NCBI GenBank assembly: GCA_051294375.1
Contig: CM119270.1
Location: 9,239,530 to 9,303,529, forward strand
Reading direction: 5' to 3'
DNA from: Paraspadella gotoi
Lineage: Eukaryota; Animalia; Chaetognatha
DNA length: 64,000 nucleotides
The translations under genes were made by a program, and so were the position numbers. The notes below the pieces were generated by a model. That model saw only the letters and a list, made by a program, of their open reading frames with translations. It did not search any database and was not told the origin of the DNA. Shown piece after piece: positions 41,901-55,584 of the stretch (positions are counted from its first letter, which is position 1; each line of letters opens with the position of its first letter).

Positions 41901-44900
41901 TCATCCCTGGCTGCTTGGATCATCAGAAGCGTAGCCGGAGGGAGTGGGCGCCGGAGAATTGAAGAAAGTAGAGGGGTTGCTGGACCCCGCGTTGGCGGAA
42001 GCGCCGCTGCTGCAGCACGAAGGTACGGCGCTGCCGCATCCGGAAGTCACGCCGCTGCTGCTGCCAGAAGGTAAGTTACTCGAGAAACCGGAAGAAACGC
42101 CGCTGGCGGTGGTGGCCGCACCGGATTCGGAGTCGACGCTTGGTCCTGAAATCAAAATACAAATTTATTTCATTAATTTAGATTAATTCCGTTTGAACGG
42201 AAATTCCATTTATTTGAAATTTTGAAGGCTTCAAATTGAACTGCAAAGAACGCTCTAAGGTCACGCGTTTACCGCGAGAGTAAAACTTACCCTTCTCCAA
42301 CGGCGGGCGGTTTTCCTCAATGGATTGACCCTCGTTTGAATCCGCTGGGGGGCCACTTTCATCTTTTTTCTTTCCGCCTGATCGGGTGAGGACAAAAAAA
42401 TTAATTCCCTGACAGAATGATGCGCGCGTAATCGGGGCGGGGGGCGTAATCGGTGATCCAAGGTACAATTAAAATAGAGAATATGAAATTGACATTTACC
42501 TGGCAAATTCAAAGTTCGCTCAAACGCCTTGAGTTGTCCCATGAAGTTAAAGTTGGGAAAGATATTGGGTTTGTGTTGCCTTGATTGGAAAATTAATTAT
42601 ACTAAAGTAAAATATTCCTATAAAATAACATCGCTTTGTGGTTAAATTAACGGTCAACTCGGTTAAATAAAAAATTTAATGGAGAAGTTGACATATTTCA
42701 AAACATCAAAACAGGAAATAAAACAAAAAAATGGCAAAAAAAGCAAGCGTTCCAGATGTCTACTTACTTGACGAAATCGAATGAGCATTCGAGACAGAGG
42801 CGCCTCTTCATCATGAAATAAGCGACGGTGATGGCGACAGAACGAGAGATCCCCGCCAGGCAATGGATCAAGACTCCACAATTGTTCGCCATGGCTTCTT
42901 CTGGATGAGGGGAGTAAAGAAAACTCATTTTAGCTTTTCAATCAGCTTGCAATCTTCTGTCCTTCCAACAGGTCATCATTTAGGGGGAAACTAGCTCGCG
43001 TCCAATTATTAGTGTACGTATATAATTATAAAGACAAATAAAAAAAAAACAATTTAAATCACCGATAAACTCGAAAGCCTTGGGGAAGTGCGCCTCCACG
43101 TTGTGTTCCAAATGATCGCGGATGGGAATGCGGAGATAGCGGAAGTCCGACTCGGCGCCCTCGAAGACGTTGGGAAGATCATGGGTCACGTTTATGATGT
43201 ACCTTTTGTTTTTTGGGTGAATGGAAAAAGATTGATGGGTTAAAATTCAACTTTCTTTCTCTCTCATTGTCTCTCTTTCTCTCTCTTTCACTCAATTTTC
43301 TCTCACGCTATCTTTCTCTATCTATATTTCTCCTTTTCGCTTTTTTTTCTTTCTCTCACTCACCTGATTCCGTGATTGTTAAGAGTGACAAGATCCCTTG
43401 AACTATCGACGTTGCCCAAAAAAAATCCAGGAGTAAGTTCCACTGGGAAAATAACCGTTTGATTTACGTGATGGTCGTTCATAAATTTAGAGTCGGGCAC
43501 TGGACCTGAAATGAATAAGAACAAATCAAAAAATTATGAGAATATAAAAATCGACAGATCAATAAATTTAAAATAAAAAAAGCAACATTAAACAAAAAAT
43601 CTAAGGCGGAAAGATTTTTCAAATCAATCGACTTTTATTTACTTTCTATGGGAAGCGTCCTCTCGAACCCGGCCTCGCCCACGCTTCCGGTAACATTCCT
43701 GCTGAAATTCGATGCTCCTCTTCCTTCTCCGCTGATTTCAGGCCGCTGCCGCGTCGGCAGCAGCGTTAGCGTTGGTCGCTGTTTAGAAGGAGTGATTCTG
43801 ATTGGAGGAAAAGAAAATATGGCGGAAAATTAGATTTCAGCGAAAAAAAAAGTTTAAAATCTCCAAAAGAATTTTCAATTAGGCATAGCTGCATACGATT
43901 TTACTACAATATTTAACGAAAAGCATTATTTTAAGAATAATTTTCATCCCCCCAATCATAATTTCCAAATTTTTAAAACTTTTCACCTCATTACCCTTTC
44001 TTCTTACCTGAGATTGCAGAGGCCGACGACGGGAGCATCGCCCCCAGAATCGGCGGTTTCCGTTTGATCGCAGAATTCCGGGAAATCCGTGTGGAATGAA
44101 GAGTAACCGCCTGAGGGAGTGACGGATTACGAGGAATTAAAGAGGCAAAGTAAAAGGAAAAAGAAGTGGAAATGAAGTGGGAATGAAGTGGGAATGAAGT
44201 GGGAATGAAGTTAGTGGGGAAAAGGGGGCGAGAAGGTGGAAGGGAAGAGGATTTAAAAAGGATTTAAAAAGGAAAAGGGGATTTAAGTGGGAGAGATGGT
44301 GAGAAAGAAAAAAAAAACGAGGGATGAAACAATGAAGCTCGAGAATCAAGAGAGAGGTCAAGAAAAGAAAAGACAAATTTTACCCCGCCATTCGTTACAT
44401 AGACGTATGATTCGTAAACACCTTCAATTTCATCATTCATTCATACATCCATAACAATCAGGTCAATATCAGTATCACTCCAACTCGCTAACCATCTGTT
44501 CCTCCATCCAACACTTTCAATTTCATCATTCATTCATACATCCATCCATAACAATCAGGTCGATATCAGTATCACTCCAACTCCCTAACCATCTGTTCCT
44601 CCATCCAATCTCCTTACCAGTGAGAAAATGCGCGGCGTATCCGTCGTCGACGAACTTCTTGATGAGCAACGCGCTGATTGGCTCCTTCGCTTGAGCAAAA
44701 GTCGGAGGTGACAACGAGGACGACGAAGCGGGAGACAAGACCGCCGCGTCATTTGGGGGTGGGGATGAAACTTGCGCGAGCGTCGGTGGGGATAAAGGGG
44801 CTTCTTTAGAAAGCGTCGGTGGGGATGAGGGAACTCCTTCGGAGAGCCTCAGTGGGGATAATGGCGGTTCTTTAAAAAGCTTCGGTGGGGATGACGGAGA

Positions 44901-47900
44901 TTCATCGGAGAGAATGAGAAAATCAGTTGTCGAGGGAAGAGTCAGATTCGAGTCGATTGAAGGTGGCGCGACGGCAGGAGCCGCTGATGCGTGCGCAGGT
45001 GCCATCGCCGAATCGGCGGGTGCCGTCGACGGGTCGACGAGATTCAATGGCGAAACCACTGCCGGGACGACTGGAGGAACAAGCGCCGGGATGGTCGCCG
45101 ACGATACGCCGGGGAGAGAAAAGTCCGGATGAACAGGAGATGGCCGATAGCCGAGAGTCGATATTTGATGAGGGGCGGATGAGTTGCCGGAGAGTGTCGA
45201 TCGGGAGATCAATAGAGTCGGATTTGGAGAGGTAGATGCATCGACATCGGTGCCAGACTCGATCGATATCTAGTCTCATGAATAAAATATGATGAGTAAA
45301 CTTGAATTTGTTATTACAATTGATCGGTTTCGTTGGTTTTTTTTTTTTTTTTTAAACAATTGTTGATAATTTAGAGAAAATTGAAACTTAGTAATAAAGT
45401 AATTGTAAGTTTGTAAAATAGTAAAGAAACCATCTTCACCTGATCATAGACGACGATGTCCTGACTCTTGACGGAGGCTTCATTTGGTGACAGCAGTCGA
45501 TCCTTCAAATCTGTCGACGCGAAGATCGAAGGAACGCTGAGAGCGCCTTTCCTCAGACGCCTCTGCATCAGCGTGGGTAATGTCACGTTAATCGCTCCCT
45601 GGAGAGTAGTAAAGTATGGGTAAGTTACGTGAGATATCTCTTAAACAATCAAAGGAGAGGTTTTTCTTACTTTGATATGACCCCTCGAATAATCGGCTTG
45701 ACTTCTGCAGTCCAGCAAAATGAGAGACGGAGCGGACGAAGAGGAAGAGACAGTCGTCGTCGTCAAATGAGCTCCGTCGGCGAGTCGTTGTCTCAACCAT
45801 CTGGCGTCCTTGCAAGGAATGTCGGTCTGGGAGGAAATGGAGAAATGCTTAAAAGTTATAGAAAAAATTCTGGAAAACTTTAGGTAAATCTGAAAATAAA
45901 TAATATGAAATAAAATTAAAATAAAAAAAAAAGGAAATGCCAACCTCAGTTCCACCGACCGCAGCCGATGACGCCGCCATGGGCCGAATATGCCCGACGC
46001 CTAGAGGTTCTGGCATCGGAAAACTACCTCCCGCGACGCTGCCTCCACCTATGGCGGCGCCAAAATCGAATACTGGCGGCGCCGACTTGGGCAAAAATTT
46101 CGAAGGACTCAAAATGGGAAGTTCTAGCGACGGAGTTTCGAAAGGCGGTGCCGGTGAAGCGGATTCCGCCGCTGGCGCCGGCGCCGAAATATCTGGACGA
46201 CGTGACGCCGCGGGAGTCCGTCTAGGCGGCACCGGCGGCGCCTCTGACGAGCTGCGACGCTGAGGGGACGCGAATCGCTGCGGCTCTGAAGCAGCGGATT
46301 GTTGGGTCGATCGAGACGAGCCCTGCGGGGTAACATCGGGAGGTAACATCGTAGAAGTTTGAACTGGCTGATGTATTGTTGGCGGTCGACACGATGACGG
46401 CGAAGTCGTCGACGAATAGTCACAACCTCCGGCNNNNNNNNNNCGGCGTCGGCTGAAGAATTTCGAAGAAGAGGAGATTCGCAAGAAATCATTGCCATCG
46501 CCGCGTGAGACGCCGGCGTGGGGGCGCAGGCGAGTGCAGCGATGGAAGGTGGCGCGACGATGGATGCTACGCCTGCGAAAGGCAGCCCGACGTAGCAGGT
46601 TGGCGAGGCGACCGAGGATGGAGACGCGTCTGAGGTTGGCTCGTCGAGGGATTCTTCTACTTCGAGAGGCGGCGATACGGCGCAGCAGATTGGCGCTGCG
46701 TCGGAGATTGGCGCAGCGTCACGAGTTTGGGCGGGGAGAGACGGCGACGCGGCGGAGCAGGTTGGTGCAGCGTCTGTAGTTGGCTCTATGGATGCTCGCA
46801 CTACAAAAGACGGCCGCGCGGCGGTACTGGTTTGCGCAGAGTCAGGAGTTGGCCCGGCGAGAGACGGTGGCGGAGTGGAACAGGTAGGCGCAGCGACGGA
46901 GGATGGCGCAGCGTCAGGGGTTGGCGCGGCGAGTGACGGTGGAGCAAGACAGTTTGGCTCGGGAGACTGAGAAAACTCCCTCGGAAGCGGCGGTGGGGGG
47001 TAGACGGGCTCGGGATGCGATTCGAGGACCGAGGGTTCGGAAGACTCGGAAGACACGGAGGATTGGGAGGAAGGAGTTTGGGGATCGATCGGCGGGAGAG
47101 TTTGATCGCTTTCGTCGGGAAAGTTGTGACTCGATCGTCTGGCCGACGATTGGCGGCGGGGAGACCGATTGACTCTAAATTGTTCCGGTTGATCTTTGTC
47201 GTTGTGTTCTGGCGATGATTTTCTCTCCGGAGTTTCCCCAGATTGATTATCCGGCGACGGTTGATCGAGCGAGAGATTGTTAAAACCCAAGAATGGAATA
47301 TGTTCGGCCGGTGATTCGTCGAGCAAAGATTGCTGACGACGAAAGGGACGAGAAGAAGAGTGCGGAGTCGGAGCGGGAGGGATAGCGAGAGCAAGATCAG
47401 GAACGAGAGCGAGAGCTAGAGCGGGAGCGGGAGTGGGAGCGGGAGCGGGAGGGGTAGCGGGAGCAACAACGGGAGCAAGAGCGGTAGCAAGATAGGGAGC
47501 GAGAGTGGGAACAATAGTGGGAGCAAGAGCGGGAGTGAGAGTAGGAGCAAGAGCGGGAGTGAGAGAGAGATCGGATGGATACGATGTCTGGCGCGGACGT
47601 GGTGAATCGGGAGGAGGCGGAAGTGGAGCGAAAGGTTGATCCGATAGATTAGGATTGGGCAGACGTGATGTTGGGCGCGGACGCGCTGTTGCAAGATTGC
47701 GTAGTTTGTAAGGAGTTTGTTGAGAGCGAGGTACGAAGGGTTCGGACTTCGGAGATTTAATCGGAGCGTTAGCAGGTGGGGTTTCCTCTTTTACATCTGG
47801 TCGTTGTATGGTCCTAGTGAAATGTCAATAAATAAACTTTAAATTTATCTTTGTGAAAACCGGTTAAAAGACTAATATTAAATTGGTACAACTAATATAA

Positions 47901-49668
47901 TAAACATCCGGTCAGTGATAAAGGTTTAATGTATGACGTTTTATGACAAAAAAAATTACCGAAACGATTTATCAAATCTAAATATAAATTAAACATATTG
48001 ATTATCCTATTATATTATGTCACATTCTATTATGACATATCATCTCATATTGATTATAAAAATTAAGCCGTAAATGGTTATATTTTATTTTTTCAAGTTT
48101 TTTTCAAAGTATTTTTTTATGTAAAAATATGGTCCATAAAAGCACGATTTTATTTTAAATTAACGAAATTATCGTTTTAACAAAAAAAAATGTTTGGGAT
48201 CGACGAAGAATACAAACGAAAGCAACATATTTCGATGCAGCCGTCAATCTCACCAAAAACCATCATCAGACTTGGAGCTATCGTATTCTTGAGGTGGAAG
48301 TATCGACGTTATCGAAAGCGACTCGGTCGACGGGGAACTCGAGATGGATTCCGCCGCCTCTAAATACGTCGAGAAATCCGAGGCTTCGGCTCCGCGAATT
48401 CCAAAAAACTCGGGAATAGTAGACCAAAAAGACTTTTTAGGTTTTGTCTCCGAAGTTTTCGTTTTCGTCGTCGGTTTCTGCGTTGAATTCGAACCTTTAG
48501 CGTTTTTGGTCGAGGATTTGTTGGTCGTCGCTTTCGATGAAGAAGTCTTTGAAGAGCTAGTCTTTAAAGACGCGCCCGTTGTGGCTCTTGTATTCTTTGA
48601 AGTTTCCACCGGGGCGTCTGAGGTAACTTTGACGGAAGATCTCGTCGGTCTTGTTGATGCAGTTTTGGTTTCTGTTGTTTTTCTTGACGTTTCTCCCTTT
48701 GTATTCCCAGAAGCTGTCCTTGATAATTCTGATGTTTTCCTTGATGTTTCTCCCTTTGTATTCCCAGAAGCTGTCCTTGATAATTCTGATGTTTTCCTTG
48801 ATGTTTCTCCCTTTTTATTCCCAGAAGCTGTCCTTGATAATTCTGATGTTTTCCTTGATGTTTCTCCCTTTTTATTCCCAGAAGCTGTCCTTGATAATTC
48901 TGATGTTTTGGTTGCAGTTTCTTTTTTTGTATTCTCAGATGTCGTCCGGGAGTTTGACCTTGATAATTCTGTTACTCTTTTGTTTCCATTCCCATTACCA
49001 GAGCTTGACCTTGATAATTCTGTTACTCTTTTGTTTCTGTTTCCATTACCAGAGCTTGACCTTGATAATTCTGTTACGCTTTTGTTTCCATTTCCATTAC
49101 CAGAGCTTGACCTTGATAATTCGGTTACTCTTTTGTTTCCATTTCCATTACCAGAATTAGACCTTAAAAATTCTGGTTTTTTCCTAGGGGTTCCATTTCC
49201 ATTGCCAGAGCTTGTCTTTGATGATTCAGTTGTCTTTCTTGGAGTATTGCCAGTTTTTGAAGACGGGAGCGACGAGGAGACCTTCAAAGAAGGGGGCGGT
49301 GAGGAAACCTTTGGAGACGGTTCGGCCCGAGAGTCTCCCGTCGAAAAAGGTCGCGTTTTCGGCCTCACTGCAGGTTCCGTAGTTTCCGCATGTTCCCCAG
49401 GTTCCGGAGGTTCCGCATGTTCCCCAGGTTCCACAGGTTGCCCAGGTTCCGCATGTTCCCCAGGTTCCGCATGTTCCTCATGTTCCCCAGGTTCCGCAGG
49501 TTCCGTGACAGTCGTTTTTGGAGTTGTGGTGGTCGTGACTATCGTCGTTGTCGTCGTCGTCGTTGTCGTCGTCGTCGTCATTGTCGTCGTCGTTTGTGGT
49601 GTTTCTGATTTGTCGCATGGCGTTGGTGGCGGCGTGGAATCATCGTCGCTGTTCTCACGGTTCGACAT
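41901..49668 (-). CDS. MAP kinase phosphatase (DUSP6/7/MKP3-like) with a very long low-complexity N-terminus (13 exons, ~1,780 aa if the upstream exons join)
   Basis: Rhodanese/CH2 motifs: [49 protein letters not shown]. Catalytic domain: [57 protein letters not shown]. Exons: 49668-48254, 47813-45945 (10-N gap), 45826-45671, 45598-45440, 45269-44618, 44110-44008, 43797-43643, 43505-43364, 43202-43063, 42900-42768, 42579-42500, 42377-42291, 42145-41901, all phase-consistent. The core is high confidence; joining of the first two exons is less certain. Confidence 0.85.
44423..44608. repeat. ~93-bp tandem duplication (2 copies) in DUSP intron 5
   Basis: ttcaatttcatcattcattcatacatcc...ccatctgttcctccatccaa occurs at 44423-44511 and 44516-44608. 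Confidence 0.85.
46434..46443. other. Assembly gap (10 N) inside a DUSP exon
   Basis: The flanks overlap by cggc. Collapsing them restores one frame (SADAGGCDY). Confidence 0.9.
48680..49160 (-). repeat. Coding tandem repeats: 57-bp ([19 protein letters not shown]) x4 and 51-bp ([17 protein letters not shown]) x~4
   Basis: Near-identical nucleotide units inside the 48254-49668 exon. PGEHAE hexapeptide repeats also occur at ~49380-49500. Confidence 0.88.
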
Positions 49669-51993
49669 TTTAGTTTGGTAGTTGTAACTTTTTTTTTATT
49701 CGAGAACAATTTAAAGAATTTTAGTTTCGAAGCGCAGAATTGAATTGAAGAATAGAAATTATTTGATTTTTATTTCTCTGATGATTACGATCAGTGTGAA
49801 CAAAAAAACCCAATTACGATAGAATAAAGTATTCGGTAATTTTCTCCTGGAGATTGACTTGGCTCGGTTCACCGAGCTTCAGTTATGGTCAAAGCCTCCG
49901 AGTCAAATCGAGCGAATCAAATCTCACCAAGGTCAGGATACGACAATAGACGAAAAAGCTCAATGAGGACAAGTGCTATTGACCGCTTTTAAAAAAGAAA
50001 TTGAAACTATTGTCACCTGACGTTGTCAACCTGTTGGTCAAATTCGTCGTCTTTTTAGTCGTCGTGACACAATCGTTTTCACTCGAGTGAAAGGATCACG
50101 TTTCTCTTACTCTGGTTCAATACCCGTATTAGAGCAGTCTCATTAACGTTTAATGGCTTAATTTTAATGGTAATACCCTCAAAAAATATTCACCTTAAAA
50201 AATTAATATAACGGTTGTGGAAGACGATGCCACGAGCAGTTCACCGTGCTGCTGATTCTCGGACGAGTAGCGGGGTATGAAATACTACCGCTATACGGTC
50301 AACGAATATCAGCTGAATATATCAATACTTTTTAAAAGAGAAAATTGGTAAGTCACCTTACCCTCCGTGACTCGACGCGATGCTCAAATATGGGTGGGCG
50401 TGGTAACGCGACAGTGTAACTCTGCGTCTAAACTCCTCGTGGAATTTCCTCTTTTCCTCATCCTTCCAGAACCAGCATTCATTAACGGAGCACGAAACGG
50501 AAAAAATTAATGAAAATAAATTTTTTTTCTCGTCTTCTTTTTTCTTCTTTCTTTCTCCATCTCTAGATTTTTAAGCCGGTTATGAGTCAGTTCTCTTTAA
50601 TTCGCGAGAGAGAAAGAAAAAATGGAGACCAAGATGGAAAAAAAGTGTCTCATTTCAAAAGGGATCGATTGAAAAAAGAAGGGAAAAGGTGAGTTGAAAT
50701 GAATTAAAAAACCTTAAAATGTATAAAATTACAGTACAACTTTCAAAATGTAAGCGTTGTAGAATTCCTTCATTACTTGAAACACTTATCCTAGCTAAAT
50801 TATTCCGATGAAAATAGTTTAAAAACAAAAGAAAAGTTAAGGGCGGCTTCGACGACGAAGACGACGCCGACTGAAATGACTCCAAAGATGACGTGGTTTA
50901 GGGTTCGTCCTCGCGTGACTTCCGACGGAAAGACGAAAAAAGGAGGGAAAATATAGACAATGGAAAAAAAGGGCAAAGTAAAATGGGGAGAAGAGACAAC
51001 AGGGTAAATAGAAAATGTGGAAAGAAAAACTAATATGAAAAAAAAAAAAGAAAATACAATAAAATGAGAAAAAAAAGAATGAAAACAAGACTAAAAGCAA
51101 AGAATTGTTTTAAAAAAATGAAAAAACAATTCGAAGATCCGATTCCGAGAGACCAGTTTTAAAATTTGGTCGTTTGATTTTCGCCAATTATTATTAGGAT
51201 TTAGGATGTTGTGGGCGATTGGTTGGCCATCTAACCTTGTTTAAGAATGCCTCTTGTAAATAAGTGGAATAGAAAAATTACAGTTCCTCATTAAGAAATT
51301 ACGAGAACAACTTTCAAGTTTAATGTTCAAAAACATTGCGAAAGAGAAAAGTTAAATAAAATCATTTCGATTCGATTGTAAAGGAAACCGATTTAAAAAC
51401 AGGGAAGATAAGAATTGAAAATTAATTTAATTAGGATGTTTGAAAAAGGTAAAAAGGGAACCTCGGTGAAAAGCGAATCAGAGATTAATATGATAATTGA
51501 AACTAGAATTATAAATGACGTTTCAGCTTTTTGTAATATAATTTTATCAACAGAAAAATACATCTGGATTTACCTTTGCAAATTCGTTAGTTTATGAACG
51601 AGTGCAAAAAGAAAAAAATGTAATATTTTTTTTTTATTGATTATTTTGAGGACTTTATTATCATAAAAACAACCAGATTCGGTGCCACTACTGTTACCAT
51701 CAACATTAACACGGTCAATTCATGGCCATTGGCAAATAACAAAAGTTTTTTTTCTTCTCACAAATCTTTTTTCCGCTGAAGGATTTGAATGCCTTCGGAA
51801 AAAGACGCTAGAAGTTGCTTCCGGATTGAGTTTGAACTTTACAGACTTTACAAAAAAATAAAAATCATTGTTTCGGAGGTTTTATACTAACGCCATGCAT
51901 ACCGCATTGTTTTGATATTTGGAAAAACAAATTTCCCTTTTTTGATATTATTCTTTTCATCCTTTTAAAACGACATATTTGCAACGATTCCCA

Positions 51994-52120
<127 letters not shown>

Positions 52121-52316
52121 AAAACGACAAGTTTTACAGGATTTACACAAAACCATTTCGTCTGTTTGAAGGCAGGAAGTTGGGAGACGACGACGACGAC
52201 AATTAGGACGACGACAACGACTACGAGGACGACAGCGCAAGTGTCATTCGACGGGTTTATTTAATTCCTCGTAATCACACTTTTCTGGTTTTGCGTGAAA
52301 AGATACCCGGGGTTGC

Positions 52317-52402
<86 letters not shown>

Positions 52403-53168
52403 GGGCAGTCAAACCGGAAATCTCTTGCTATGTTGGTCGGTTTTCCGATATGGGAAACAAAGACGTTAAAAATGACAGAAAAAGAAAAATATATAATAAA
52501 TATGTATTGAATTTAATAACAATAGTTCGTTTTGAGATTTTTTTTTTTTTTTAAGTTTTCGTTTTTTCATTCGATAATTTTTGTGGTATTGTGGACGAAC
52601 ATTTTTAGGCTTGTCGCTGCCTCTCTCGGGAAGTAAGACTTTCTTCAATAAGAAAAATAAAAATGAGCATTTAAAATCACGACTATTTTTGTGACTCTCA
52701 GAAATAGGTAAGCATTTCAAAAAGATCTTAAAGAGATAACCTACAGAAATCTTAATATAAGACGCCGACTCGACGAGGATTCCAGTTGGATTTGGCATTT
52801 TGACGAAAAGCGTTAACGACGAACGATTAACCGTAATTGGAACTCAGCGCGAATAATAACGAATTTGAATCGCGAAAAGATAAAAAAAAGGCGGGTACGA
52901 CCGCTGGAACAACTTAAGTCACGAATTAAAAAAACTAGGACGTCGACAACGATGACGATGATTCCAGCAAAGCTTTTACGATCTGGACGAATAACGACGT
53001 AACTGAGGCTGACGCGAACATCGATGACGCCCCCGCAGCTGAGGCCGCCGCCGCCGCCGCCGCCGCAAACGACGACGACCACTCCGTTACTCGATTCGAT
53101 TATCGGAAAACGATTTCCGGTTTTTTCCAGATTTTAAGGTTCAAGGGAAAAATCGAATACGATGGTGG

Positions 53169-53212
<44 letters not shown>

Positions 53213-53489
53213 TTGACGAGATAATTACTAATAAATGTCAACCATTCAGATTAAAATTTTCCATTTACAGGCTGAGGCGACAACGTTGAATAAGATAAAG
53301 GACTGAGATAAAGGAGCCAAATGCCGAAGGCGAGGAGAATTTCAAGTGCGCACGTCAGCGATGACAGAACGAACGGACGACGAGACGACGACGACGACAG
53401 CACGACGACGACGACGACGAATTGATCGCACTGTAAAATCAGATTACCTACGCGTCTGCCGCCGTTATCCGAGGAGAGAGAGAAAGAAG

Positions 53490-53525
<36 letters not shown>

Positions 53526-54459
53526 AGAGGAGAGAGTAGAAGAGGAGAGAGAGATGAGAGAGAGAGAGACAGAGAGAAGAAAGAGAGAGTGAGAGAGAGA
53601 GAGCGAGAGGCATTGAAGATGAAATGGGACTGATGAAACGGACTGACCTGTTATGGCATTACAAGGAGTAGAATTCCATGGCATGGCATGCAATAAATGC
53701 AATGCGTAGTGGTCATTGAGATATGCCTGACGCGAGAGATCATCAAATGTCGTTATTAATTCGTAATTCCAATTTTAAACAATTTTTTTTCCCAAACTGT
53801 TGACTTCAGGCGCCATCGTTAAATCAGTCGTCATCGTTGTCGTCGTCGTTATGGTTATAATTTCAGCTCTTAATAATCTTCTTTTAACGAGTGCGTTTCT
53901 TATATTTTTTAATTTGCAGATTACGCAATTAGCAATTCGAAAAAATAAAAAGGCAAAAAAAAAAAAGGAAAAAAAATCAGGCGGAACTGCGGTCGTGGCA
54001 ATTAAGTCTGGACTTTATATCCGCGATTCAATTAACGACATCCGGGGAAAGAACAACGAGAATGACGACATCCGGGGAAAGAACAACGATGACGACATCG
54101 ACCATTCAGCGACATTAAATTTACATTTAACTTATAAAATTGAAAATTAATTATTTTTATAAATCTCATAAATAAACAAGAATCGATTATTTTAGGTCCA
54201 ACTCGACTAGCGTAAAAAAAACAACAAAAAAACAAACTGTTAGAAATTTGAAAACAGTATGTCTTGTATACAATACACCATATGATTATTTTAAATCTTA
54301 CGATTCTTTCTAAAGTTCAAAATTTCGTTTCAGTATTTTTAAAGATTATTCAAAATTCTGCGGCATCGAGGATTCGAAATATAATTTTGAAGCGAATCGT
54401 TAAAAAAACTCGAGTTTCATTCATTTCCGGCGATGAAAAACTTCGGTTAAATCAATCAA

Positions 54460-54497
<38 letters not shown>

Positions 54498-54714
54498 NNN
54501 NNNNNNNNNNNNNNNNNNNNNNNNNNNNNNNNNNNNNNNNNNNNNNNNNNNNNNNNNNNNNNNNNNNNNNNNNNNNNNNNNNNNNNNNNNNNNNNNNNNN
54601 NNNNNNNNNNNNNNNNNNNNNNNNNNNNNNNNNNNNNNNNNNNNNNNNNNNNNNNNNNNNNNNNNNNNNNNNNNNNNNNNNNNNNNNNNNNNNNNNNNNN
54701 NNNNNNNNNNNNNN
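54498..54714. other. Assembly gap (N run)
   Basis: N run directly following a (CT)n microsatellite. Confidence 0.99.
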
Positions 54715-55118
54715 CTCACCGATGTTATGAAATGAGGTCCGTTAGAACCGAAAGAGTTTTCAGACTTGAATTTTCGATTATCGTCCGTTGGCCGAAGCGG
54801 GGGAGTAAAAGCGGGATGAAAACGAAGACGACGACGATGGCGAAGAATAAAAAGAGGATAAAGACGACCGCGAATGAGAAAAGGATGACGACGTTCCGCT
54901 GGGAACTGTGTCATGAACGCGCCGGCTGGACATTTTGAGTTTTTTTCCTTTTCCCCCCTTTTTTTCAAAGACGAATGAAACGCAAATAATGCGATGAGCC
55001 GAGACCGTGCGTGTTTTTTGTGCCGTATTTTATTTTAAGAGATTTTTTGCCAATTGATTAAACTATTACAGTATTTATGACCATTGATATATCATCGTGA
55101 GCAATTTTTCCCGGAGGA

Positions 55119-55584
55119 NNNNNNNNNNNNNNNNNNNNNNNNNNNNNNNNNNNNNNNNNNNNNNNNNNNNNNNNNNNNNNNNNNNNNNNNNNNNNNNNNN
55201 NNNNNNNNNNNNNNNNNNNNNNNNNNNNNNNNNNNNNNNNNNNNNNNNNNNNNNNNNNNNNNNNNNNNNNNNNNNNNNNNNNNNNNNNNNNNNNNNNNNN
55301 NNNNNNNNNNNNNNNNNNNNNNNNNNNNNNNNNNNNNNNNNNNNNNNNNNNNNNNNNNNNNNNNNNNNNNNNNNNNNNNNNNNNNNNNNNNNNNNNNNNN
55401 NNNNNNNNNNNNNNNNNNNNNNNNNNNNNNNNNNNNNNNNNNNNNNNNNNNNNNNNNNNNNNNNNNNNNNNNNNNNNNNNNNNNNNNNNNNNNNNNNNNN
55501 NNNNNNNNNNNNNNNNNNNNNNNNNNNNNNNNNNNNNNNNNNNNNNNNNNNNNNNNNNNNNNNNNNNNNNNNNNNNNNNNNNNN
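55119..55584. other. Assembly gap (N run)
   Basis: N run directly preceding a (GA)n microsatellite. Confidence 0.99.

Noticed and set aside
46124-46484. Apparent frameshift in the large DUSP exon
   Set aside because: Caused by the arbitrary 10-N gap; the flanks overlap by 4 nt and merging them restores the frame.
48344-49681. 445-aa + strand ORF overlapping the 472-aa minus ORF
   Set aside because: Codon-aligned antisense shadow of a repetitive exon. The minus frame has the ATG and the in-phase splice donor.
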